Source: Minisyncoccota bacterium | GTDB lineage: Bacteria > Patescibacteriota > Minisyncoccia > UBA6257 > MFKM01 | Assembly (NCBI GenBank): GCA_036169835.1 | Contig: JAVHOD010000052.1 | Coordinates: 1 to 34,603, forward strand | Direction: 5' to 3' | DNA: 34,603 bases | Shown: in pieces, positions 21,978 through 30,352 of the stretch | Layout of the letters: every line of letters begins with the position of its first letter | Numbering within the stretch: the stretch's first letter is position 1 | Made by a program: the position numbers and the translations under genes | Notes under the pieces: model-generated | Seen by the model: only the letters and a program-made list of their open reading frames with translations | Told to the model about the DNA's origin: nothing | The model's database searches: none

Positions 21978-22214
21978 TTAAGTTTTAACGCTTGAATATG
22001 AAATTTCAATAATTTTGTTTTTGGAAGTATGTCCGGAAACGATATTTACTCGCGAAGGGGATATTTTGAAATATTCGGCCAGGGCTTTAATTATCGCGCG
22101 GTTGGCTTCGCCTTTTACCGGCGGCTCTTTTACGGAAACCAGGTAATGACTCTCGTCAATTTTCTGGATTTTTTCTTCCTTGACCCTGGGTTTTGCCTTA
22201 ACAAAAATTTTCAT
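21978..22214 (-). CDS. DUF167 (YggU-like) protein
   Basis: 78 aa; VKAKP....I.....HYLVSVKEPPVKGEANRAIIKALAEYF is typical of DUF167. Confidence 0.7.
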   Translation of the reverse strand: MKIFVKAKPRVKEEKIQKIDESHYLVSVKEPPVKGEANRAIIKALAEYFKISPSRVNIVSGHTSKNKIIEISYSSVKT

Positions 22215-22256
22215 GATTTGGATTTATTTTATCCCTTCGGCAAGCTCAGGGCAAGC

Positions 22257-22283
22257 AAAAAACCGCCTGTTCGGCGATTTTTT
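22257..22283 (-). terminator. Probable terminator after the efflux operon
   Basis: The minus strand reads aaaaaatcgcc-gaaca-ggcggtttttt. The stem is short (5 bp including one G-U) and is followed by a T6 run. Confidence 0.45.
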
Positions 22284-22310
22284 ACTGGCTTCACATCAAA
22301 ATATTCTTTA

Positions 22311-22733
22311 TTAATTTGCCGGCTTCGGCCTAATCTGGATTGACTGCGCGGTTACGCTTCCATCGGAATTTGGTTGGCCGCTCACGGTTATTGTTTCGCC
22401 GACTGCTAAATCACTAGCGGTTCCGCTCGTAAATTTACCGATCTGGGTCGCGTCCGAGTAGAAAATAATTTTGGAGCTGCCAGTTTGGAGCTTAACCGTA
22501 ATGCTTTTATCGTCTTTAGCGATAATATCGCCGTTGGCAAAATTTGCCGCCGCTCCGCCGTTTGTTCTTCCTATTCCGGCTGTTCCGGTAGCCATCGTCC
22601 TTCCGTTTCGAAACGCTGTTCCGGCCGCGCCTGTTTTTTGCGGCGTTTGGCTCTGGGCGTATTTCGTTCCGCCGTAAAAAGAGCCGCCAGCCACTACAAT
22701 AAAGGCGACAACTATCAGTAATATTTTTTTCAT
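22311..22733 (-). CDS. Secreted hypothetical protein; C-terminal domain paralogous to the 26534-27037 product
   Basis: 140 aa with a signal peptide. It shares the pattern DL.V.E.I.V.G.P...G...A..I with the other protein. Confidence 0.6.
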   Translation of the reverse strand: MKKILLIVVAFIVVAGGSFYGGTKYAQSQTPQKTGAAGTAFRNGRTMATGTAGIGRTNGGAAANFANGDIIAKDDKSITVKLQTGSSKIIFYSDATQIGKFTSGTASDLAVGETITVSGQPNSDGSVTAQSIQIRPKPAN

Positions 22734-22775
22734 TTCATTTTTATTTAAATTAATCGTTCGACTAAACGATTTTTA

Positions 22776-23999
22776 TTATTCATAACGCAATGCTTCGATG
22801 GGATTAAGATTGGCCGCTCTCCGGGCAGGATAGTAACCGAAAATAATCCCAATGGCCGCCGAAACGCCGAATGCCAATAAAACCGAGGAAAGAGAAACTT
22901 TGGTGGCAATACCGGCGAATTGGGTTACGCAGAAAGCCAGAATCCAGCCGAGAAAAACTCCGAACAATCCGCCCAAAAAAGTGAGCATTACCGATTCGGA
23001 CAAAAACTGCAAACTTATGTCTTTCTTTTTGGCGCCGATGGCTTTGCGTAAACCGATTTCCCGGGTGCGCTCGGTGACCGTGGTCAACATCATGTTCATA
23101 ATGCCGATGCCGCCGACAATTAAAGAAATGCCGGCGATGGAAGCCAAAAGAATAGCGAGGGTATTGGTGACCGAGGAAGCGGTTTGGGCGATATCTTGCT
23201 GGTTTAAAACCTGAAAATCAGCGAGCTGGACATTGGAAATATTGTGTCTTTGTAACAGGAGGTCGGTTATTTGTTGCTGAATAGTCGCCATGTCGTTTTG
23301 GTTGTCTGCTTCTACGCTGATAGTCGTAACGTAGGTGTTGCCTGCGAGAAAACGTTGAGCCGTGGAAAGGGGAACGAAAATCATGTCGTCCTGGCTGCCG
23401 AATCCCGTGCCTCCTTTCGTTTTAGTAATACCGATGATTTTAAAATTCACTTTATTAATGCGGATAGTTTGTCCGATAGCCTCGGTGCTTGAGCCGAAAA
23501 GATCATCTCTGGTAGTAGGGCCGAGCACGGCCACTTTTGATAGACTTGATACATTTTGGTCGGAGATAAAGGACCCGGTGTCAATTTGAACATTGCGCAC
23601 TTCGGGATATGCCGCCACCGTGCCCACGACTTGGGTGTTGGTATTTCTGCTTTTGGCGGTTACCTGATATCTTCTTGATATTTCCGGAGCTACGGCCTTG
23701 GCAAATAAGATGTCCGTTTTAATGGCATCAGCGTCGGCTTGGGTGAGTGTTTGAGCCGAACCGCGGCCGGAACTTACTTGGGTGCCGACCCCACTTTGAA
23801 ATCCCGGCATCACCAGCACCAGATTGGAGCCGATTGATTGGATACTGGCCTGAATTGAATTCTGCGCTCCCTGGCCGATGGAGATCATGGCGATAACTGA
23901 GCCGATGCCGATGACAATGCCTAGAATCGTCAGACCCGACCTGGCTTTATTGGAATTTATCGCCGAAAATGTTTCCTGGAATAAGTCGTTTATTTTCAT
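22776..23999 (-). CDS. MacB/FtsX-type ABC transporter permease
   Basis: 407 aa with an N-terminal TM, a large extracytoplasmic domain and a C-terminal FtsX 3-TM bundle. An ATGA overlap links it to the upstream ATPase. Confidence 0.85.
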   Translation of the reverse strand: MKINDLFQETFSAINSNKARSGLTILGIVIGIGSVIAMISIGQGAQNSIQASIQSIGSNLVLVMPGFQSGVGTQVSSGRGSAQTLTQADADAIKTDILFAKAVAPEISRRYQVTAKSRNTNTQVVGTVAAYPEVRNVQIDTGSFISDQNVSSLSKVAVLGPTTRDDLFGSSTEAIGQTIRINKVNFKIIGITKTKGGTGFGSQDDMIFVPLSTAQRFLAGNTYVTTISVEADNQNDMATIQQQITDLLLQRHNISNVQLADFQVLNQQDIAQTASSVTNTLAILLASIAGISLIVGGIGIMNMMLTTVTERTREIGLRKAIGAKKKDISLQFLSESVMLTFLGGLFGVFLGWILAFCVTQFAGIATKVSLSSVLLAFGVSAAIGIIFGYYPARRAANLNPIEALRYE

Positions 24000-24703
24000 G
24001 ATTTATGATTTAAGATACGGCGTTGAATATTTTTTTCATCTTCAACTATTTCTCCGTCAAGAATATGAAGAATGCGGCTGGCATGTTCCGCCACGTAACG
24101 TTCGTGAGTAATGAGAACAATAGTGCGTTTTTCTTTGGTATTGAGTTGCTGGAAAGTATCAAGCACGATTTCGCCGGTTTTGGTGTCAAGATTACCCGTC
24201 GGTTCGTCAGCCAGCACAATCGCCGGATTAGTGATAAGGGCTCGGGCGATTGCCACTCTTTGCATTTGGCCGCCGGAAAGCTGGTTTGAAAGATGATCCC
24301 AGTCTTTGGTCAGGCCGGCGGAAAGAAGCACTTGCTTGGCTTTCTCTTCCCGTTGCGCTCGCGGAATGCCGGCATAAACGAGCGGCAGCGCCACATTACG
24401 AAGTACGGTTGCCCGCGGCAAAAGATTGAACGATTGGAAAACAAATCCGATTTTGTTTTTCCTGATGTCGGCTAATTCATCATCCGACATTTTCGCCACG
24501 TCTTGGTTATCAAGAGAATAAGAGCCATTGGTGGGAGTATCAAGACAACCAAGAATGTGCATCAGAGTTGATTTGCCTGAGCCCGAGGGCCCCATAATTG
24601 CCACGAATTCGCCATCGGTGATTTTGAAAGAAACGTTCTTTAAAGCGGTTGTTTCCACGCTCCCGCTTTTATAAATTTTTGTGATATTTTTACACTCTAT
24701 CAT
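23996..24703 (-). CDS. MacB-type ABC transporter ATP-binding protein
   Basis: Walker [25 protein letters not shown] and [11 protein letters not shown]. The start is placed at ATG 24703 ([11 protein letters not shown]) rather than the TTG at 24733. Confidence 0.9.
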   Translation of the reverse strand: MIECKNITKIYKSGSVETTALKNVSFKITDGEFVAIMGPSGSGKSTLMHILGCLDTPTNGSYSLDNQDVAKMSDDELADIRKNKIGFVFQSFNLLPRATVLRNVALPLVYAGIPRAQREEKAKQVLLSAGLTKDWDHLSNQLSGGQMQRVAIARALITNPAIVLADEPTGNLDTKTGEIVLDTFQQLNTKEKRTIVLITHERYVAEHASRILHILDGEIVEDEKNIQRRILNHKS

Positions 24704-24846
24704 GCCAATGTGATTAAAATTTTCAATTACCAATTCTCAATTTTCAATCAATGACTAAATTTTCAATTTCCAAACGTTTGAAAATCAGTTCATTGAAAAT
24801 TTATTAGAAATTAGAAATTGGAAATTAGAAATTCAGACCAAGCCCT
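24704..24846. repeat. AT-rich repeat-laden imperfect palindrome between the adaptor and ATPase genes
   Basis: There are three direct aattttcaat copies on the left. The centre is the palindrome caaacgtttg. On the right are cattgaaaat and four (a/g)gaaatt units (tagaaattagaaattggaaattagaaatt). Confidence 0.7.
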
Positions 24847-26508
24847 TTACCTCCCGAATCCCCCTCCCAAACCTGGTATTCTGACTCCTCCTCCTGCTGA
24901 ACTTTGCGATTGAGTTTTAGTGGCGGCGGTGCTGGCAATAGTTTGAGTTATTATTTGATCGTTTTCTTTAAGGCCATTTATAATTTCTGTATTTGTGTCG
25001 TTTGAAATTCCGGTTTCAACGCTTTGCTGCTGAGGCGCGCCGTTAACTAGAATCTCCACATAATTGGAATTATTCTGTTGTTTAATTGCGGAACTTGAGA
25101 TAACCAGCACATTTTGTTTTGAGTCGGTAATTATGGCGGCACTGACGCTCATCCCGGGTTTTATCCGTTCGTCTTGGGTGTCAAAAATAATTTTTACGTT
25201 ATAAGTGACTACGCCTTGCGATACCGTTCCGATGGCGTCGATTGCCGCCACTTTGCCGGTAAGACTTAACCCATTAATCGCGTCGAAGGTTAGGGTAGCC
25301 TTTTGACCTAATTTAATTTTTGCCGCATCAACTTCATTAAGAGAAATTTCAGCCGTCTGCTGTTTTGTGATAATCGTGGCGACGGTAGTGCCGCTGGAAG
25401 CCGAATCTCCTTTCTCGACATCCACCTCGGCGATTATGCCGTCAAAAGGAGCGTAAACGTAATAATCAACAAGATTTGTTTTGGCGTCTACGAGTGTGCT
25501 TGCCGCTTGTTTTACCGCGGTTTCCTGGTCGGTGATAGTGTAGTCGGTTTCGATCAGAGCTTCTTTATTTGATTGAATCGTATCTTTTGCCGAAAGGAGA
25601 CCCGAAAGATAAGTGTTGGTCGTGCCGGTATAAGAATCAAGATTCGATTGATAAGTAGGAATCGTTGAGGGAATGCTGATATTACTTTTGTTCATAAGAT
25701 CATAAACAAAATCAATATAATTAATGGCTTTTTTAACCGTATCGGCTATAAGTTTTGTCGCCTCGTAGGTTTCGGAAATAAGCGATTCTATGGTTTGAGT
25801 ATCGGAGTTCCGGCTGGTGCTTTTATAATAGTTGAAAACTTCATCATATTTGTCTTTAGCCGTCTGGTAAGAAGAATTAAAGTCATTTTTATACGTAACG
25901 GCTTTTGATCCGCCCTCTAAAGCGCTGACCTGATCTACGTACCAGTCGGTATTTTGTTGATTTTTACTTAAAGTATTGCTGAAAAAAATAGTGTTAAACC
26001 CGTTCATTACGGTTGGCAGATTAAGAAAGGCATTGGAAACGGTATTGAACCCGTCTTCGTAAGATTTACTAAGGTCGTCTTCGGCTTTTTCTTTAATTCC
26101 TCTTAAAATTCCCGCTTCAGTGGTAAGGCCTTGCATTTTTTCAAGTTTGATTTTTGCTTGGTCGTAACTTGTCTGCGCGTTTGCTACTGTTTTTTGGGCG
26201 TCTGCGTCGTCAATTTTAACCAGAAGCGTTCCGCTTTTCACTTCTTGGCCGCTTTTTACTCCCACGTAAACTACGTAGCCCGAGGCTTTCGGTTTGAGGT
26301 CCATTTGGCTTGAAGCGGAGATTTGGCCGCTGCCGGAAACCGAAGAAATAAGCGTGCCTTTTTCCACGGCCGCGGTGACATAGCGGATGCTGTTTTTACT
26401 GCCGCTAAACGTTTTGTGTCCGTAATAACCCCCGACCGCCAACGCGATGATAATCACTCCGGCAATAATTTTATGACGCTTTATCAATTTTAAAATTTTT
26501 TGAAACAT
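24847..26508 (-). CDS. HlyD/MacA-family periplasmic adaptor protein
   Basis: 553 aa with an N-terminal anchor, a long coiled-coil insert between lipoyl-like halves, and a C-terminal beta-barrel region. It sits upstream of the MacB-type genes. Confidence 0.8.
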   Translation of the reverse strand: MFQKILKLIKRHKIIAGVIIIALAVGGYYGHKTFSGSKNSIRYVTAAVEKGTLISSVSGSGQISASSQMDLKPKASGYVVYVGVKSGQEVKSGTLLVKIDDADAQKTVANAQTSYDQAKIKLEKMQGLTTEAGILRGIKEKAEDDLSKSYEDGFNTVSNAFLNLPTVMNGFNTIFFSNTLSKNQQNTDWYVDQVSALEGGSKAVTYKNDFNSSYQTAKDKYDEVFNYYKSTSRNSDTQTIESLISETYEATKLIADTVKKAINYIDFVYDLMNKSNISIPSTIPTYQSNLDSYTGTTNTYLSGLLSAKDTIQSNKEALIETDYTITDQETAVKQAASTLVDAKTNLVDYYVYAPFDGIIAEVDVEKGDSASSGTTVATIITKQQTAEISLNEVDAAKIKLGQKATLTFDAINGLSLTGKVAAIDAIGTVSQGVVTYNVKIIFDTQDERIKPGMSVSAAIITDSKQNVLVISSSAIKQQNNSNYVEILVNGAPQQQSVETGISNDTNTEIINGLKENDQIITQTIASTAATKTQSQSSAGGGVRIPGLGGGFGR

Positions 26509-26533
26509 ATTTTTAATAAAAAATAAGATTAAA

Positions 26534-27037
26534 TTATCGCGGCCATCGCGACGGCACAGGAAAGGATAACGGGGGCATATTTGAAGCAGGGGGCGTTGGC
26601 ATTACCCTGATTAGTTTCGCCTCTATCTGGCCGGTGTCACTGGGCGAACCGATAACGACAATAAGTTCGTCAACTTTTAAATCGATTGGTCTAATGGTGT
26701 TCTGAAAGCGTTTGATAATAGTGTCGTTTTTCAATAAAATTATTTTTTCCGTGTCGTTTCGGTCTTTAATAATCAGAGTTGAACTGCTGATTTTAATAAT
26801 TGACCCGAAAACGCCGTTGGCTTCAATAAAATCTTTGCCGCCGAAATCTTCAAAAAATCCGGCGCGCGGCCCGGCAAAATTTTTATGATAATTTTCTCCC
26901 CAGCGATAGGAAAAACTGGCTTTTTTGAAACCAACCATTAAGCCGGTTTGAAAAACAATCAGAATAACGATAATCGCTCCGATTACCCAAAGCGTTATTT
27001 TCAGTGCTTTAGATTGTAAAAATTTGTTGAAATCCAT
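26534..27037 (-). CDS. Membrane-anchored hypothetical protein (domain shared with the 22311-22733 product)
   Basis: 167 aa with a TM helix at residues 15-35 approx. The C-terminal pattern is DLKVDELIVVIGSPSDTGQIEAKLIRV. Confidence 0.6.
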   Translation of the reverse strand: MDFNKFLQSKALKITLWVIGAIIVILIVFQTGLMVGFKKASFSYRWGENYHKNFAGPRAGFFEDFGGKDFIEANGVFGSIIKISSSTLIIKDRNDTEKIILLKNDTIIKRFQNTIRPIDLKVDELIVVIGSPSDTGQIEAKLIRVMPTPPASNMPPLSFPVPSRWPR

Positions 27038-27042
27038 AATCG

Positions 27043-27417
27043 TTAATGAGTGTTAACGGCCGCAAGAATAACTTTTGCGTCCCGGCTAAGAAATTTAAGC
27101 GACTGAAGAAAAACAAAAAGCACGGCAAGAAAGGCGATGACGCTCATTACCGGAAACGATTCCAAAATCGCGAAAAGAAAATTCTGCCAGTTGGCGAGCA
27201 CCGCGCCCAAATCGGAAAAAATAAGAGAAATAAAATTTAAAAATCCGGATTCGACCAGTCCTTTTTGAACCATATGCAAAGTCGGGACAAAAGCCGTCGC
27301 GGAAACTGCAAGGCCGAGCGAGAAAACGGCAATTCTTTGTTTTACGGCCGACCGGCGTTGCTCTTCCCCGATGCGAGTCATTATTTTATTAAAAAGTTTT
27401 TCGTAATTTGTGCTCAT
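27043..27417 (-). CDS. Putative anti-sigma factor / membrane protein
   Basis: 124 aa with a short cytoplasmic N-terminus followed by TM helices. It is the first gene after the ECF sigma gene. Confidence 0.45.
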   Translation of the reverse strand: MSTNYEKLFNKIMTRIGEEQRRSAVKQRIAVFSLGLAVSATAFVPTLHMVQKGLVESGFLNFISLIFSDLGAVLANWQNFLFAILESFPVMSVIAFLAVLFVFLQSLKFLSRDAKVILAAVNTH

Positions 27418-27493
27418 AGTTTTTTTGTTCTATTAAATAATACGAACAAGGGACGCCCTTGGGTGCGCCTCTTGTCGTTTAAAAATTTAATAC

Positions 27494-27532
27494 AAAAAAA
27501 CATTCCGACATTCTCAAGAATGTTGGAATGTT
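27494..27532 (-). terminator. Rho-independent terminator/attenuator after the sigma gene
   Basis: The minus strand reads aacattcc-a-acattc-ttga-gaatgt-c-ggaatgtt followed by a T7 run. Confidence 0.75.
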
Positions 27533-27563
27533 TTGATAATCTTTTCGCCGCTCCTATACAGGT

Positions 27564-28157
27564 TTAAGGTTTAATAAAAAGTTTTTTGAGCTGGATAACC
27601 GCGCGCCGGTGCCAACTTTTCACCGTGTTAATGGGTTTTCCCAAAGATTCGGCAATTTCTTCAAAAGTGAGTTGATTGTCGTGATGAAGTTTCAACACTT
27701 GCCGGTAATTTAAAGACAATTGTTCTATTTTTGAATTCAGAGTTTTGATACTGCTGGCGCGTTCGCAAACTTCGGCGGGAAGAGGAGAGGGGTCAATTAG
27801 TTTTTCAGCAAGAAAATTTTTTCCATCTGCGTTTTCTCCGCCAAAGGCGGATCCGCCGTAGGCGGAAAAATCTGAAAACGGCAGGGTTTTTTTCTTCCTG
27901 ATGAAATCAATAGCGGCATTTTTGGCGATGGCAAAAATCCAGGTTTTGAAATTTTTTGTCCGGTCGAATTTCTTGAGGTTGCGCCAGGTTTTGACAAAAA
28001 CTTCTTGGGTTATTTCCTCCGCGTCCTGTTTGTTTCTGACATATTGCCAGACGAAATTATGAATCGGTCTAAGATATTTTTTGACTAAAATCTCAAGAGA
28101 TTTTTTATCCCCTTTAAGATATTGCTTTATGAGTTTTTGGTCATTTTTTTCCGGCAT
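27564..28157 (-). CDS. ECF-type RNA polymerase sigma-70 family factor
   Basis: 197 aa. Region 2 reads EEITQEVFVKTWRNLKKF...WIFAIAKNAAIDFIRKK. The region 4 HTH reads LTFEEIAESLGKPINTVKSWHRRA. Confidence 0.85.
   Translation of the reverse strand: MPEKNDQKLIKQYLKGDKKSLEILVKKYLRPIHNFVWQYVRNKQDAEEITQEVFVKTWRNLKKFDRTKNFKTWIFAIAKNAAIDFIRKKKTLPFSDFSAYGGSAFGGENADGKNFLAEKLIDPSPLPAEVCERASSIKTLNSKIEQLSLNYRQVLKLHHDNQLTFEEIAESLGKPINTVKSWHRRAVIQLKKLFIKP
27838..27865. repeat. Tandem double hairpin centred on GGATCC inside the sigma-factor CDS
   Basis: ccgcc-aaa-ggcgg AT ccgcc-gta-ggcgg. On the coding strand it encodes (S)AYGG(S)AFGG in the region 2-region 4 linker. Confidence 0.75.
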
Positions 28158-28204
28158 ATTTAAAAGATAATTATAATATAGGTAAATAAATTTTACAATT
28201 TTTA

Positions 28205-28654
28205 TTATTTCCCCAAAAAGCGAAAGGTCATTTTATCTCCAATTTTTAAGCCGATTTTTTCCGCCGCGCCTCCGTTAATTTCCAAAACATATTTTGCGTT
28301 TTTATTGGGGATTATATAAAGACAAGGGGATTCTTCCGGGCAGGGCGGGGTGTTCTGGCTGATAAAGACCGCTTCTTTATTTTCGTTAATCCATATTATA
28401 TCCAGAGGGATTAAAGTATTTTTCATCCAAAAGGCATAATCTCCTTCTTTCTTAAAAACAAAAAGCATTCCTTTATTTGAATCCAGATTTTTTCTAAACA
28501 TCAACCCGCGGCTTTTTTCTTCGGCGGTTTTAGCCAGTTCAACATTAAAACAATGATTTTGAAAACAGACCCGGTCCAGTTTTCCCTTTGTTAAAATCGT
28601 CGTAGCTACCGCCACAATTGCCAAGAAAATAAGCAATAAAATTTTTATTTTCAT
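28205..28654 (-). CDS. DUF192 family protein
   Basis: The start is placed at ATG 28654 (MKIKILLLIFLAIVAVA, a signal/anchor). GLMFRKNL....GMLFVF and PLDIIWI are typical of DUF192. Confidence 0.7.
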   Translation of the reverse strand: MKIKILLLIFLAIVAVATTILTKGKLDRVCFQNHCFNVELAKTAEEKSRGLMFRKNLDSNKGMLFVFKKEGDYAFWMKNTLIPLDIIWINENKEAVFISQNTPPCPEESPCLYIIPNKNAKYVLEINGGAAEKIGLKIGDKMTFRFLGK

Positions 28655-28662
28655 ATCGTATT

Positions 28663-28692
28663 CTCTGCCAAGAAAAAACCCGAGTTTCTGGC
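28663..28692 (-). terminator. Rho-independent terminator after the hemerythrin gene
   Basis: The minus strand reads aaaaacccgg-gccagaaact-cgggtttttt. Confidence 0.65.
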
Positions 28693-28710
28693 CCGGGTTT
28701 TTATTTTGAT

Positions 28711-29127
28711 TTATTTTAATCCCTGTTCGTGGAAATATTTCGTGTATTTCCGATCCACTTCCAAAATGTGGCCGATCAGCCAATTGCCGGAATAAAAAGC
28801 GATTTTTTGAGCAAATTCGGAAGTGTCCACTCCTTCGCTCCGGATTTCGTCAAGATATTTTTTTATCGTTTCCCGGTATTGATTATGGGCGGCAATGTGG
28901 TCAACGGCGCTCGGATAATGGAATTTGTCAAAATATTTTTCTTCGGTGCCGAAATGATAAAAGGCGTAATCGCCGAGTTTTTCCAGAACCGCGAAAACCT
29001 CTTCTTTAGCCGGGGTTTTTTGAGTTAAATCAAGAACGCTATTTGCTATTTCAAAAAAATGCCGATGTTGTTCGTCGATCTTTTGGATCCCGACGCTATA
29101 CTTATTTTCCCAGATAATTTTTTCCAT
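28711..29127 (-). CDS. Hemerythrin-like (bacteriohemerythrin) protein
   Basis: 138 aa with IDEQHRHFFE, HFGTEEKYF, HIAAHNQY and NWLIGHILEVD His/Glu/Asp ligand motifs. Confidence 0.85.
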   Translation of the reverse strand: MEKIIWENKYSVGIQKIDEQHRHFFEIANSVLDLTQKTPAKEEVFAVLEKLGDYAFYHFGTEEKYFDKFHYPSAVDHIAAHNQYRETIKKYLDEIRSEGVDTSEFAQKIAFYSGNWLIGHILEVDRKYTKYFHEQGLK

Positions 29128-29253
29128 TTTTAAATTATATCATAAATACGTTGGTCTGTTGAAAATTGAAACCGGAGAATACCTTATTATATGACTTTTT
29201 GATATAATTATTAAAAGGTCAAATGATAAATTAATAAAATTAAATATAAATTC

Positions 29254-29892
29254 ATGAAATTCAACAAGAAACTGGTATTGCAGATAGTTGTGCTAATCGT
29301 CGGTTTGGCTCTGATAATTTCAGGCGTTATTAAAATCGTCGGCGGATTAAAGGGGTCAACAACCCCCGAAGTTATTAATAAATTTAATGAAATTTATGAC
29401 TTAGGAGGACAAATAGGGGATGAAATGAAAACAACCGGCGCTCTGTTAAATGGCATATCTGCCAAGGAGCAGGCGAAGGACTATGCTGGAGCGGTTAAGG
29501 ATACAAGCACGGCCATTTTAGGCATTGATAATGTAATTTCCGAGTTTAATGTTCTAAACATTAAAATTTCCGAGTTTAAGAAAATACTGAGGAATATTTC
29601 CGATTCAGCCGTGAAACAAAGCGGTTTGAAATTAGTCGGTTTATTGGAGCAAAGAAACGCTACTTCCCTAGACCTTATAAACAACACAAAACAGTTTGTT
29701 ATTTTATCTAAAACTTATTATGAAGAATTAGCAGCCGGAAAAACTGAAGTCAAAATTGACGAAACCCAAGCAAATAGTTTAATCCAGAAAATTACCCAAG
29801 CTGATAAAACCCTGTTGATATTGACACCTCAAGTCAACACTGCTACGCAGGATTTTGCCAAAACGGCCAACTTCCAACTGAAAACAAAATAA
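29254..29892 (+). CDS. Membrane-anchored hypothetical protein
   Basis: 212 aa with one N-terminal TM helix; the rest is predicted helical. No family was recognised. Confidence 0.55.
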   Translation: MKFNKKLVLQIVVLIVGLALIISGVIKIVGGLKGSTTPEVINKFNEIYDLGGQIGDEMKTTGALLNGISAKEQAKDYAGAVKDTSTAILGIDNVISEFNVLNIKISEFKKILRNISDSAVKQSGLKLVGLLEQRNATSLDLINNTKQFVILSKTYYEELAAGKTEVKIDETQANSLIQKITQADKTLLILTPQVNTATQDFAKTANFQLKTK

Positions 29893-29902
29893 ATTAATAA
29901 AA

Positions 29903-29933
29903 AATCAGTCCCGCTATAGCGGGCCTGATTTTT
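29903..29933 (+). terminator. Bidirectional rho-independent terminator between convergent genes
   Basis: aatcag-t-cccgc-tata-gcggg-c-ctgatt, flanked by A5 and T5 runs. The core cccgc-ta..-gcggg is the same hairpin type found in-frame in iorA. Confidence 0.8.
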
Positions 29934-29961
29934 CATATTATCTGTTTTACAGAATTAATTC

Positions 29962-30159
29962 TTAAATGCGAGTTACGTTTGTTGCGTTGGGTCCTTTCGG
30001 AGAATCAGTTTTGTCAAAAGACAATCTATCACCCTCTTTCAACTCTTCAAACTTCACGCCCTTAAGTTCATTGCCGTGAAAAAACAAATCTTTTTCTTCG
30101 CCGTCAACGGTAATAAATCCAAATCCTTTATCCGTAAGTTTTTTTATTATTCCTTCCAT
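29962..30159 (-). CDS. Cold-shock domain protein
   Basis: 65 aa with KGFGFI (RNP1) and LFFHGNEL (RNP2-like). Confidence 0.9.
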   Translation of the reverse strand: MEGIIKKLTDKGFGFITVDGEEKDLFFHGNELKGVKFEELKEGDRLSFDKTDSPKGPNATNVTRI

Positions 30160-30352
30160 GTATGATTGATTATTAGGTTAATTAATGTTTTAAGGTTTTA
30201 TCCTAAAGTTTAGTTTTCCGATGAAGCTCGACGAAATTTCACAGACAACTATCTTAGATAGAATGTTAACATATAAAAACAAATTAGTCAATTAAATGAT
30301 TCTTCGGGATTAATACTTGTAATTTTTTTCATGAGTTTAATGGGGGATCAAT

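Noticed and set aside
24810-24836. CRISPR-like appearance of tagaaattagaaattggaaattagaaatt
   Set aside because: The units are 7-8 nt with no spacers, and there is no repeat of CRISPR length (about 24-48 nt). No cas genes are in view. This is a microsatellite-type array.
29081-29108. GGATCC-containing inverted repeat cgtcg...cgacg inside the hemerythrin gene
   Set aside because: It encodes the conserved hemerythrin N-terminal motif (SVGIQKIDEQH), with no sign of extra residues. This looks like coincidental palindromy rather than an inserted element.
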